Shown piece by piece: positions 48,392 to 62,015 of a stretch of 64,000 nt of DNA (its first letter is position 1; each line of letters opens with the position of its first letter). Below the pieces are notes generated by a model that worked only from the letters and a program-made list of their open reading frames with translations, searched no databases and had not been told where the DNA came from. Origin of the DNA: Eledone cirrhosa (lineage: Eukaryota); NCBI GenBank assembly GCA_964016885.1, contig OZ024741.1:324384001-324448000 (forward strand). The letters run 5' to 3'. Made by a program: the position numbers and the translations under genes.

Positions 48392-49618
48392 CAGGGATTG
48401 GACAAAATAAGCATCATAATTTTGAAATATCTATAAAACCGTCAAAAGCTTGTTTATTTTTATGATTTTGATTTATTATTAATGTTGCTTAATATGTTTT
48501 GTTAACATTGCTGTTTCTTTTCAGATATCATCAGAAAAAGGTAATTAAAGTTCATTAAAATGACAGAACTATCGAACTTTCAGACAGGTCAAATTGTTGG
48601 TGCTCGTATGGCAGGCGCTAGCTTAACGGAAACAGCCGAAATGTTTGGTGTACCAATAAGTATAGTCTCGAAAGTAATGACAGCCTTTGAGAAAGAGGGA
48701 AAAACCTCCTCGTCGAAACAAAACCCCTGGAAGAAAACCAAAACTGTCAGACCGTCGGACTCTTACGCGAATTGTTAGAAAGGCTCCCAAAAGTACAGCT
48801 CCCAAAATTACTGCAGAGCTTAATGACCACCTCGAGAACCCAGTTTCCACAAAAACTGTTCGCCGGAAGCTGCACAAAGCCGGATTTCAAGGGAGGGCTG
48901 CAATCAGAAAACCACTACTTTCAAAATCAAACGTTGCAAAGCGTTTAGAGTGAAGTAAAAACCTACAGAATTGGTCCCTAGAGCAGTGGAAGAATGTTAT
49001 TTTCTCGGACGAGTCATCTTTTACCTTATTTCCGACCACCGGCCGAGTATACGTGTGGAGACAGCCAACAGACTGCCTTCTTCCAACTGTTAATCATGGA
49101 GGAGGATCTGTGATGATCTGGGGGGCTATATCTTGGAAATCCGCCAGGCCAATGGCTTCCCTTCATGGCAGAATTAATAGTCAAGATTATTTAAGCATTT
49201 TATCTGATCAAATTCATCCTATGGTTGCGGAACTGTTTCCGGAGGGAAACACAGTCTTTCAGGATGATAATGTACCAATTCACACAGCAAAAGTTGTTAC
49301 TGAATGGCACGAGGAACATTCTAGTGAAGTTGAACATCTTATCTTGCCACCAGAGTCCCCAGATCTCAATATTATTGAACATTTATGGTGCATTTTAGAA
49401 AAACAAGTAAGGAGTCGATATCCTCCACCATCATCACTACAAGAACTGGAAAATGTTTTAGCTGAAGAAGGGACAAAAATTCCTTTGGAAACAATTCAAA
49501 CTTTGTACGAGTCCATACCTCGTAGACTTCAAGCTGTAATTACTGCCAAAGGCGGTCCTACCCCATATTAAAATAAATTTGTTTGAAATTTGAAGGTGTT
49601 TCCATTATTTTTTCCAAC

Positions 49619-49622
<4 letters not shown>
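48392..49622 (+). mobile_element. Tc1-family DNA transposon, DD36E spacing, inactivated
   Basis: TA-flanked TIRs CAGGGATTGGACAAAATAA / TTATTTTTTCCAACTCTG. Transposase 48560-49571 (MTELSNFQTGQIVG, GRKPKL, FSDES, FQDDN...SPDLNIIE) has a frameshift and a stop. Confidence 0.93.
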
Positions 49623-49673
<51 letters not shown>

Positions 49674-49749
49674 TTGTGTGTGTCTATATATGTATGTTTG
49701 CATGAATGAATACACTAAGCTTTACATTTAGTAGAATGTACACCACTGA

Positions 49750-50515
49750 TCCCCCTGTTTGCACGTGATGATATAGACGTGGGAGATAACAGTATTAAAT
49801 GATATAGACACAATGTACACTATTGAGTCTCTATATAAACAGACTCATTAACTGCTTAATGAACACAATCAGAAGGATATAGTCCGAACATGGAAGAGTC
49901 GAACTCCGATTCTCATCGCCTCCATCTCTCTCACGCTCCCCGTCTCTCTGTATGGTGAGCAAATGGAGTCCCACCTTCTGGCTTCCCTGCAGCCGCGGCG
50001 GACAGAATGGCGAAGGCGTTTCTTCGGAGGATGGTAAGTGAGACGCGTTGGAAGAGTCACTCTAACTCACGAGGCTCACACCTGTGGCTGGTCAGCTCAG
50101 TGCCTATGGTAGTGAATAGGGAGGTAGCTCTAGGGCCAAGGACACCAGAAGTTTCCACTGCCAAGGCACGACCGCGAACCTGTCGGAGAGCGACCGATAC
50201 TTGGAGAGTTTGGCCTCCGACGTGCAGCAGGACCTGGGTTAGTCGCAGGCTGCACCAGGTTGCGGCTGGAGAAAGTATCACTGCATTTGACATCCTAGAC
50301 GAGGGGTTTGCCCCCGGAACGGGAAGATTGTCATGCCGTCTGGCCTTTTGGTGTCTCTTCGGTCCATCCCCACCAGCTCCAGCTGAGAGGGGAAGCCTCC
50401 AGCATCGAAGCCATGCTTTATGACCTCGTTGAGAGCATCGTGGCGTAGAAGGCGGCCGGCACTGTAGTGACAGGAAAGCGGGTGGAGGTCGAAAGAGTCT
50501 ACGGTGGATCAGTGG
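49750..50515 (-). mobile_element. 3' fragment of a CRE-like non-LTR element (restriction-like endonuclease domain)
   Basis: Minus-strand pieces GRLLRHDALNEVIK, KRPDGMT and ALAVETSGVLGPRA...PRELE*LFQRVSLTILRRNA (PD-(D/E)xK RLE signature), frameshifted. Confidence 0.75.
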
Positions 50516-50689
50516 CAACATATGTGTGGCTAATTTTAATTATATGTAGTGTTAAGTCATTAATTACAGTGGAAAACAACACAATGTGTACAGATCTTAA
50601 GATAAATATTTGTATCAGATTCAGACTTTAATGTTTCGTGTATTATTTTATGTGCCTGTGTATATGCGTATATTTATTGAGTACTTATT

Positions 50690-50742
<53 letters not shown>

Positions 50743-50963
50743 ATATATATATATGTGTATATATATATATATATAATTATATATATATATATATCTGTGT
50801 GTATGTGTGTGTATATATGTGTGTATATATGTATATATTTGCATGTATGTATATATATATATATATATGTATGTGTATATATATGTATATATGTATATAT
50901 ATATATATGTGTGCATGTGTGTTTATGTATATGTATGTATATGTGTATGTATATGTATGTGTG

Positions 50964-50994
<31 letters not shown>

Positions 50995-51080
50995 GTGTAT
51001 ATATATATGCATATGTATGTATTTGTGTATTTATATATATATGTGTATACTTGTGTGTATGTGTATGTGTGTGTATATGT

Positions 51081-51170
<90 letters not shown>

Positions 51171-51226
51171 ATATATGTATGTGTGTATGTGTTTGTATGT
51201 ATGTATGTGTATATATATGTATGTGT

Positions 51227-51302
<76 letters not shown>

Positions 51303-51580
51303 GTTATACTTGAGGAGGGTCATATTTGTGTAATATTGCCAGAATTAATAACAGAACACACTCACTGTTTGGTTGGTTTTCGCTTCTCGCTTCTGTGTCT
51401 TTTATATATATATATATATGTGTGTGTGTCTGTATATAAATATATATATATGTATATATGTGTATATATATATGTATATATATATATATATATGTGTATA
51501 TATGTATGTATATGTTTATGTATGAGTATATGTATATATGTGTGTATATTTATGTGTATATATATATGTGTGTATATGTG

Positions 51581-51671
<91 letters not shown>

Positions 51672-51825
51672 GTGTATATATGTATATGTATGTATGTTTG
51701 TATGTGTATATATGTATATATGTATATGTGTGTATATATATATGTACATGTGCGTGGGTGTGTTTGTGTGTATTTGTATTGCGTGTATATGTATGTTTTT
51801 GTGTATGTGTGTATTTGTGTTTATA

Positions 51826-51924
<99 letters not shown>

Positions 51925-51925
51925 A
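50690..51925. repeat. Compound (TA)n/(TG)n microsatellite field (similar fields at 35567-36390 and 36661-37080)
   Basis: Direct reading; the YI/CV-repeat ORFs are artefacts. Confidence 0.97.
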
Positions 51926-52078
51926 AGTTAGTGAGCAAAGAGAAACTTATGAATTCAAAGAATATACGAGTAACGATGAAAATGTGACAAACACCTATAG
52001 GGATTATGTTAAGCCAGGCCACCTCGTTTTAGAATAATTACTAAATACTATACTACTATACTAATACTACAGCTGCTG

Positions 52079-52137
<59 letters not shown>

Positions 52138-52245
52138 GCTGCTGCTGCTACTGCTGCTGCTGCTTCTACTATGACATCTATATACTACCGCCACTACAAC
52201 TACATCTACCTCACTGTCACCTATATACAACCACTTATATATCAA

Positions 52246-52633
52246 TACCACCAGCACTAATATATTTATCAGACAGCTATCTATATACGACGACGACGAC
52301 CACCACCACCACCACTACAACATATCAGTATCACCAGCACTATTATATTTATCAGACAGCTATCTATATACCACCACCACATCTACAACATATCAGTATC
52401 ACCAGCACTATTATATTTATCAGACAGCTATCTATATACCACCACCACATCTACAACATATCAGTATCACCAGCACTATTATATTTATCAGACAGCTATC
52501 TATATACCACCACCACATCTACAACATATCAGTATCACCAGCACTATTATATTTATCAGACAGCTATCTATATACCACCACCACCACTACAACATATCAG
52601 TATCACCAGCACTATTATATTTATCAGACAGCT
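52246..52633. repeat. 68-bp minisatellite, ~5-6 copies
   Basis: catatcagtatcaccagcactattatatttatcagacagctatctatataccaccaccac at 68-bp spacing (52321, 52389, 52457...). Confidence 0.93.
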
Positions 52634-53030
52634 ATCCGGACAACAACTCATTCCCTTCTTTAGGTAACACTTTAGAAGGAGAATCAGAGTGGAGAGAGAG
52701 GCACTGCAGCCCAGTAAAATTTACTGAAAGGTGGGTGAATGTGGCAAAAATGGCCCGAGTGATTGGGCCTTCTCTGTATATAAACCTGTAGGTTGTAGAA
52801 GAGAGCAAAAGGAGGAAAGGGGCACCTGCACAACACGCTCCTGAAGTTGACGGTTGTTCTATCGACGGGGTATTAAACAACCCATTTGTGGTGCCCACCC
52901 ACTAATGGGGATTTCGATTGTAAAATTTGTTTGTTTCAACATTTTTACACGACTGTATGTAAAATCCCCGGCATGTGTCCTTGTTTTGTTCCCCTTTCTT
53001 GTGCGCCCTTGTGGCAAATAAAGAAATATA
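52634..53030 (+). mobile_element. 5'-truncated 3' end of a LINE related to 4484-10301
   Basis: ctgaaaggtgggtgaatgtggcaaaaatggcccg and gcccttgtggcaaataaa match the reverse complement of 4490-4800. Confidence 0.8.
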
Positions 53031-53316
53031 TCTTTATACCACCACCACCACCACCACCACTACAACTATATTCATCATATCACCGTCGATATAGCACCAT
53101 CACCCCTACTACTACATCTACTACACCGCTATCTATATACCAATACCTGTATTACTAGATTTACGACCATCACTACTATATCTACTGCACCACCATCTAT
53201 ATACCACTACCACCGCTACTAGTACTGTATCTGCTACACCACTATCAACAACACTACTATATTCCAGCACTACTAGTAATATATCTACCACACCTCCATC
53301 TATACAGGCGCACCAG

Positions 53317-53379
<63 letters not shown>

Positions 53380-53571
53380 TACTACTATTATTACTACTAC
53401 TACTACTACTACTACATGTACCACTCTGCCATCTACTATATACTACAACCACTACCACAGTTATCCCATTACCATCTATTATATACTACCACTACAACAA
53501 CATGTATCACACTACCATCTACTATATACTACAACTGTAACTACATTTATTACACTACCATCTACGATATA

Positions 53572-53631
<60 letters not shown>

Positions 53632-53859
53632 ATACTACTACTACTACTACTACATGTACCACTCTGCCATCTACTATATACTACAACCACTACTATATTT
53701 ATCACACTACCATCTACTATATACAACAACTACTACATTTATCACATTACCATCTACTATACACTACCACTAACACTACCACCACTACTACCACCACAAC
53801 CACCACCACCACCACTACTACTACTACTACTACCACCACCACCACCACCACCACCACTG

Positions 53860-53912
<53 letters not shown>

Positions 53913-54029
53913 GTATGTACCACTCTGCCATATACTACAACCATTACTACATTTATCACACTACTAAGTACTATATACTACCATCAACTACTACAATTTC
54001 TAAATGTAACACACTCTCATCTACAATAC

Positions 54030-55326
54030 ACTACCACCACTACTACTACATATACTACACTACCATCTACATTATACTACCACCACCACCACTACTACTA
54101 CTACATATACTACACTACCATCTACAATATACTATCACCACCACCACTACTACTACTACTACATATACTACACTACCATCTACAATATACCATCACCACC
54201 ACTACTACTACTACATATACTACACTACCATCTACAATATACTATCACCACCACCACTACTACTACTACTACATATACTACACTACCATCTACAATATAC
54301 CATCACCACTACTACTACTACTACATATACTACACTACCATCTACAATATACTATCACCACCACCACCACTACTACTACTACATATACTACACTACCATC
54401 TACAATATACTATCACCACCACCACCACTACTACTACTACTACATATACTACACTACCATCTACAATATACTATCACCACTACCACCACTACTACTACTA
54501 CATATACTACACTACCATCTACAATATACTATCACCACCACCACCACTACTACTACTACATATACTACACTACCATCTACAATATACTATCACCACCACC
54601 ACCACCACTACTACTACTACATATACTACACTACCATCTACAATATACTATCACCACCACCACCACTACTACTACTACTACATATACTACACTACCATCT
54701 ACAATATACTATCACCACCACCACCACTACTACTACTACTACATATACTACACTACCATCTACAATATACTATCACCACTACCACCACTACTACTACTAC
54801 ATATACTACACTACCATCTACAATATACTATCACCACTACCACCACTACTACTACTACATATACTACACTACCATCTACAATATACTATCACCACCACCA
54901 CCACCACTACTACTACTACATATACTACACTACCATCTACAACATACTATCACCACCACCACCACTACTACTACTACTACATATACTACACTACCATCTA
55001 CAATATACTATCACCACCACTACCACTACTACTACATATACTACACTACCATCTACAATATACTATCACCACCACCACTACTACTTCTACTACATATACT
55101 ACACTACCATCTACAATATACTATCACCACCACCACTACTACTACTACTACTACATATACTACACTACCATCTACAATATACTATCACCACCACTACTAC
55201 TACTACATATACTACACTACCATCTACAATATACTATCACCACCACCACCACTACTACTACTACTATATATACTACACTACCATCTACAATATACTACCA
55301 CCACAACCACTACCAGCTACAATATA

Positions 55327-55366
<40 letters not shown>

Positions 55367-55380
55367 ATATAGTACACTAC
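54030..55380. repeat. ~55-60-bp minisatellite (>20 copies) built from CAC/TAC triplets
   Basis: Unit catatactacactaccatctacaatatactatcaccaccaccactactactacta with variable triplet number; the 485-aa ORF is an artefact. Confidence 0.95.
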
Positions 55381-55463
55381 CAGCTTCTATATACTACCAC
55401 CACTACTACTATATTTATAACACTATTATCTACAATATACTAGCATTACCATCTACAATATAG

Positions 55464-55544
<81 letters not shown>

Positions 55545-58144
55545 ATATATCACACTATCATCTACTATGCACCACCACTACTACTACTACATGTACCACA
55601 TTAAAGTTCTGCTCACATCCGTGTTTCTCAGTTTATTAAGTACGTCTGTCATAAAGAATGTCAAATTTTAATTCTTAATTCTCCAATAAAAACAGATCAA
55701 TAAGTATTACTATTTTACCTTATCAATAATATGTTTTAATAAATGATTTTAATTTAATGTTAATTAAAACAATTATTCTTTTTGTTTTTGCAGTTGTTGT
55801 CGGACCACCTTCAGCTCCCACCACAATTGTTCAAATGGTTCGATTAACGGAACAGCCTGCTTGTGAAATTAACGTTTAGGAGGCTGAACACTTCACAGAC
55901 ACATTTAAGCTTAATGTAATTCTCAGGAAGATTCAGCAGGAAACGATATCAGATACATTTGGAACATTGAATTACAGATACTATCTTTCTGACGGGCGTC
56001 CACACAGATTCCACTTGTTCAACATGCCGCGCAGTGGAATAGAAACCGGAATCAAATTGTTGTGAAACCAATTTCTTAACCCTTCGATTATATTGTGGTC
56101 GCACCTTAAAATCAATGGAATATATAAACATCTGGCTTCGACTAGCCGTTTCCTTTTTTGTGCCAGTTGTTGACGAGATCCCCGGCGTCATTTATACCCG
56201 GACTGCCGTTATCCCCGCCAAATCGGCACGAGGAGGATTCGCCGGAAGAAGTATCCCCATGCCTGTGAAGCGAATGCCTTAACTACACAGTCACGTCTGC
56301 GCATATGCAAGAGAATTTAAACATAATCATAGTGATAATAACAGCAAATGTCGACATGGAGATACAGGTTTGATTCCAACCCCTATTCAAAATTTTATTC
56401 CATCTCGTAATTAAGAAAATACACCTGAATCTCCCTGAGAACTCTGTTAAGGGTGTGTTTCTATGGAATGCCGAGTCACATGCACGTTAATTTCACGAGC
56501 AGGTTGTTAAGCTCATGGAGCAACAGGAACACTCGTCGTCAGAACCAACAGACACCCAACAACAAGGTATCCAGGTGTAATTTGAAAGATTTGACTGCTA
56601 GTTTTAATCGGTCGAGCGATCACGTACCAGTTCCCTCGATGTTTCAATACACCAATACTCCTGCTAGCCCTGCCACCGTGTTGGTATTCGTATTTTCAGA
56701 ACCACCCAGGTGCATAAGGTGTGATCATACAATAAACGCTGCTTAAATAAAGTTATTAAGTTAGACATAACCAAGCGAAAAACAGAATCTCTTTCATGAA
56801 AGCCAAATTATGCAACCGCATGAAACTGTGAATCTGTTACGGCTTCAAAAGAATTAATTTATAAGTGTTGAAATACATTAGATGATAATATAGGATATAA
56901 TTATTGGATATTTTATAGCACATATGATTATATGCTGTATTGTATAATACCATTTTGCGGATATTAGATATATTATTGGGTGAAGTAACGTGGTTTACGG
57001 GTTACTATATTCGGCTCACTGTCGTAAGGTCATGAATTTCATTGGGTGCAACGGTGTGCTGCATCCTAGAGCAAGATATTCTATTTAATCTTGTTGCAGT
57101 CCATTCAACTGCAGACTTGCCAATCTGTAACACCCAAACGGGGAATACCATGAAAAAAAGTGCCCCAAAACGGGGAGAAATTAGACAAAATGGGGAGATT
57201 TTACATGATGAAAGCTATAAATATTTTCACAAGAGAAGACATCTCTCACCCACGGCAAAGTGGGTGGAAGATATCCTCGTCCGACGGGGAGAGTTCACAG
57301 GTTTGCAACTGGTAAAAATGACTTGTACCTGTAATTCAAATGGCAAGCCTTGTCACACAGACTGGGTCACACTGAATCTCCCACAGAAAAATGTTAATGC
57401 TACAAGTATCTGTGGCATGTTGAGTTACGTACACGTTCGTTGTAAGAATAAACTGTTATGTTGACTAAACAACTGAAACACATGTTGTCAGAAACGAGAG
57501 AGGTCCAATACTGTTTATTAGAAAGGTAATTTCATATCTCATTTAACACTTCCCTTGTTCCGTCTTTACATTCACAGAAATGTTAATTGAATGACAGCAC
57601 AGACAATTCTTTAGCGTGTTTTTCAGGTCGAACTGGTATAATATATACATGTACATGTATGCATTCATACGAACACACATTAACACACGTACATAAATAT
57701 ATACTACATATGTTTATACAAGCATAATACATTCATGAATACATACATGTGAAAATCCAAGCGCAGAAAATAAGTGTAACAACAGTTGATCACTATAAAT
57801 AATAATTGTTTCTACTTTTGGCACAAGGCCAGCAATTATCCCAGTGCATTACTGGTACTTTATTTTATCGACCCCGTAAGGATGAAAGGCAAAGTTAACC
57901 TCGGCGGGATTTGAACTCAGACCATAAAGGGGCGTAATTCTTTGCTGTAAAGCATGGCGTCCGACCCGCTACCGATACTGCCAATTCACCGGCCTCACTT
58001 TAAATAATAATAGCATTAGAAAGTTGGGTAAAATACCTTTAGGGACGAAAAAACGCGAGCAGCTCCTACGGAGTGCAATTCTCCATTAGACTTCTGAACA
58101 CATCTGTCACCGAAGGTATTTTAGCCGACTCTCTAAAGCAATTA

Positions 58145-58612
58145 AAGGATAAATTCTCGAGCTTCGAACTCATCAGGAAACAAACTCACTTGGACAAAGA
58201 TTTTTCTTAAATGATCCCCACCAGAAACGAATTCAAAATGGCTAAGAACCGCGATGTGGCAGTCGTCAAGTCAAAAATAAATGTTGCCAAAAACATATCT
58301 ATAACTTTATCTAGTTTGTGTATATGTAAATCTTTATATTTGATAATCTCCCATAAGGTTGAGATGCAATTTGGGCAATATTAGGCTGCGCTTTCTAGCA
58401 ACCAGCCTACTAGCCGTAAGGCACCAATCACATTCTTTCTGACTTGACCACTGCCACGTCACGGTTCTTAGCCATTTTGAATCCGTTTCTGGCGGGGATC
58501 ATTTAAGAAAAATCTTTGTCCAAGTGAGTTTGTTTCCTGATGAGTTCGAAGCGCGAGAATTTATCCTTGATAGGATATTTCCGAAAGCGAACGACACCCT
58601 AAGGGTAGAAAC
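58145..58612. mobile_element. Fold-back cassette (arms 58145-58273 / 58440-58568) with hammerhead variant at 58532-58612 (+)
   Basis: GTTTC-CTGATGA-GTTCG...CGAAC-GACA-CCC-TAA-GGG-TA-GAAAC (GAAA changed to GACA); the left arm carries the antisense 5' half. Confidence 0.75.
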
Positions 58613-58924
58613 GTAATCCTGGTATGTGTATATTCATTTTTTCTTCTAACTTTAATTGTATACCTAATTGTGTATAGTTAACGATATATTTAATCGATTT
58701 CCACGTGCTATTGAAATGATGGGTAAATATTCTATGGCTGTCGATCGCGAATAAAAGGCTATCGTTTATTTATCTATTATTTCTTCACATGTGCCTTTTA
58801 ATCTTATAGCCTGGTTTAATATGTTTTTTTGTGTGGTTGATTATGTTAATTGGGACAGGAAATTGAGTATATATCTTATCAAATGATTCTAAGAACATAA
58901 TTTATAGTATATATATATATATAT

Positions 58925-59682
58925 TGGTGGAACACTGGAAGCTAATATCCGTAGTAGTAGAGCACTCAGTCCAAGGGACGAGTTAGGTAGAAGTGGTTAC
59001 ACAACAGTTGGTTCACCATACCGAGAACAATTGTTTCACCTTCGCGGATCTTCAGCTCGGGATGTGTATGGTTATGGGAACGGGAAAGACAACCGTACGA
59101 ACGCGCGTGCGCAGAAACTCGGTTACTTCACACAGGCAATACTAGACTGCGTGCGGGAGGTGTAAGGGAGATAACTGCGAAAGATCGGAAAGTTTTTAGG
59201 TTGAAAATAAAATTAAAAAAATTAAAAATAAAATAACAAAGAATCAGGCCGGAGCCTTGTAGTTATGCAATAGATGTTTGGTGACGTCTGGACAACGTGT
59301 GAAAAATTCACTTTTCGTGTTTATGCAATCACTATTGCGTAATCTCTTTAGAATAGATATTCGTTCGTCAATACATAAGCCACACGTCGGATTTCCCCTT
59401 TTGTATGGCTTGGACTTAGTGATGGCTTTCCATTGAATGGAGTAGCCTATAATTGAGTCCTTGAGGGACCATACGTGGCTCACGAGTCTCGTGGGTGAAC
59501 GTCTGTGCGGGTATCTGAAGGTAGACAGGTGGTTCAGGAAACGCTCCTTGAATCGGCACTCCGCCATGCCCACATAGGATTTGACCTCCTGTGGTTTGTT
59601 TGGTCGGTTGGAAGTGACCACAGCTTCATAGATTATAGCTGGTGTGTTGCATTGCTGTTGAAGTGTTGAACATTGCTGTTGA
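58925..59682 (-). mobile_element. 5'-truncated PLE (GIY-YIG + pLTR)
   Basis: ORF 59244..59702 has IIYEAVV...SYVGMAECRFKERFLNH and CGLC. Confidence 0.9.
59021..59060 (-). ncRNA. Minimal type-I hammerhead in PLE pLTR
   Basis: CCGAG-CTGAAGA-TCC-GCGAA-GGT-GAAAC-AATT-GTT-CTCGG, ~185 nt downstream of the GIY-YIG stop. Confidence 0.88.
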
Positions 59683-61992
59683 AGTGTTGAACAAACGAGC
59701 AACGGTGGTTGCTAGACTCTACGGCTTAATACGGGATGTTTGTTTACAAACAAACCGAGCATTATAATAAATGTTCGGTGAATCCATACGTGCATATATA
59801 TATGTGTGCATGTATGTATATATATATATACATACTACTGTACGTCGGTATACATATATGTATGTACGTGTACATACTTATATTTAAGTAACAGCCGTAC
59901 TAAGAGTGGGAAATGAAATATCGTTTCATTTTTTCCGTTTATCGTTTTCGGTGCACCCGGCCGATTAACCAACACGATATGCAAATTGGGCTACTCAGCC
60001 GTTAATATGCATAAGGTAAGTATATACGTTCAACAATCTGGCAGGAAGGTATACGTTGCTGACGATAGCTAACAAGCTTGAAACTAGTACAGCGTTCCTT
60101 TGTCAGTGTTGAACAAACGAGCAACGGTGGTTGCTAGACACTTCGGCTTAATACGGGATGTTTGTTTACAAACACACCGAGCATTATAATAAATGTTCGG
60201 TGAATCCATACGTGCATATATATATGTGTGCATGTATGTATATATATATATACATACTACTGTACGTCGGTATACATATATGTATGTACGTGTACATACT
60301 TATATTTAAGTAACAGCCGTACTAAGAGTGGGAAATGAAATATCGTTTCATTTTTTCCGTTTATCGTTTTCGGTGCACCCGGCCGATTAACCCACTCGAT
60401 ATGCAAATTGGGCTACTCAGCCGTTAATATGCATAAGGTAAGTATATACGTTCAACAATCTGGCAGGAAGGTATACGTTGCTGACGATAGCTAACAAGCT
60501 TGAAACTAGTACAGCGTTCCTTTGTCAGTGTTGAACAAACGAGCAACGGTGGTTGCTAGACACTACCGCTTAATACGGGATGTTTGTTTACAAACACACC
60601 GAACATTATAATAAATGTTCGGTGAATCCATACGTGCATATATATATGTGTGCATGTATGTATATATATATATACATACTACTGTACGTCGGTATACATA
60701 TATGTATGTACGTGTACATACTTATATTTAAATAACAGCCGTACTAAGAGTGGGAAATGAAATATCGTTTCATTTTTTCCGTTTATCGTTTTCGGTGCAC
60801 CCGGCCGATTAACCAACACGATATGCAAATTGGGCTACTCAGCCGTTAATATGCATAAGGTAAGTATATACGTTCAACAATCTGGCAGGAAGGTATACGT
60901 TGCTGACGATAGCTAACAAGCTTGAAACTAGTACAGCGTTCCTTTGTCAGTGTTGAACAAACGAGCAACGGTGGTTGCTAGACACTACGGCTTAATACGG
61001 GATGTTTGTTTACAAACACACCGAGCATTATAATAAATGTTCGGTGAATCCATACGTGCATATATATATGTGTGCATGTATGTATATATATATATACATA
61101 CTACTGTACGTCGGTATACATATATGTATGTACGTGTACATACTTATATTTAAGTAACAGCCGTACTAAGAGTGAGAAATGAAATATCGTTTCATTTTTT
61201 CCGTTTATCGTTTTCGGTGCACCCGGCCGATTAACCCACTCGATATGCAAATTGGGCTACTCAGCCGTTAATATGCATAAGGTAAGTATATACGTTCAAC
61301 AATCTGGCAGGAAGGTATACGTTGCTGACGATAGCTAACAAGCTTGAAACTAGTACAGCGTTCCTTTGTCAGTGTTGAACAAACGAGCAACGGTGGTTGC
61401 TAGACACTACGGCTTAATACGGGATGTTTGTTTACAAACACACCGAACATTATAATAAATGTTCGGTGAATCCATACGTGCATATATATATGTGTGCATG
61501 TATGTATATATATATATACATACTACTGTACGTCGGTATACATATATGTATGTACGTGTACATACTTATATTTAAGTAACAGCCGTACTAAGAGTGGGAA
61601 ATGAAATATCGTTTCATTTTTTCCGTTTATCGTTTTCGGTGCACCCGGCCGATTAACCCACTCGATATGCAAATTGGGCTACTCAGCCGTTAATATGCAT
61701 AAGGTAAGTATATACGTTCAACAATCTGGCAGGAAGGTATACGTTGCTGACGATAGCTAACAAGCTTGAAACTAGTACAGCGTTCCTTTGTCAGTGTTGA
61801 ACAAACGAGCAACGGTGGTTGCTAGACACTACGGCTTAATACGGGATGTTTGTTTACAAACACACCGAGCATTATAATAAATGTTCGGTGAATCCATACG
61901 TGCATATATATATGTGTGCATGTATGTATATATATATACACATACTACTGTACGTCGGTATACATATATGTATGTACGTGTACATACTTATA
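59683..61992 (+). repeat. 422-bp tandem array, ~5.5 units, each full unit carrying a hammerhead ribozyme (retrozyme-like)
   Basis: CTGACGA core at 60059, 60481, 60903, 61325 and 61747 (exact 422-bp period); units differ by only a few substitutions. Confidence 0.96.
60053..60095 (+). ncRNA. Minimal type-I hammerhead; identical copies at 60475-60517, 60897-60939, 61319-61361 and 61741-61783
   Basis: ACGTTG-CTGACGA-T-AGCT-AACA-AGCT-T-GAAAC-TA-GTA-CAGCGT; palindromic stem III ACTAGT, GUA cleavage triplet. Confidence 0.9.
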
Positions 61993-62015
61993 TATATATA
62001 TATATAAATATATAT

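Noticed and set aside
55770-55850. Strong splice-acceptor-like tract followed by VVGPPSAP
   Set aside because: No good donor, and the frame runs into a SINE and a stop; insufficient evidence for a host exon.
59683-61992. CRISPR-like interpretation of this or the 50/68/91-bp arrays
   Set aside because: No unique spacers and no cas genes; eukaryotic context.
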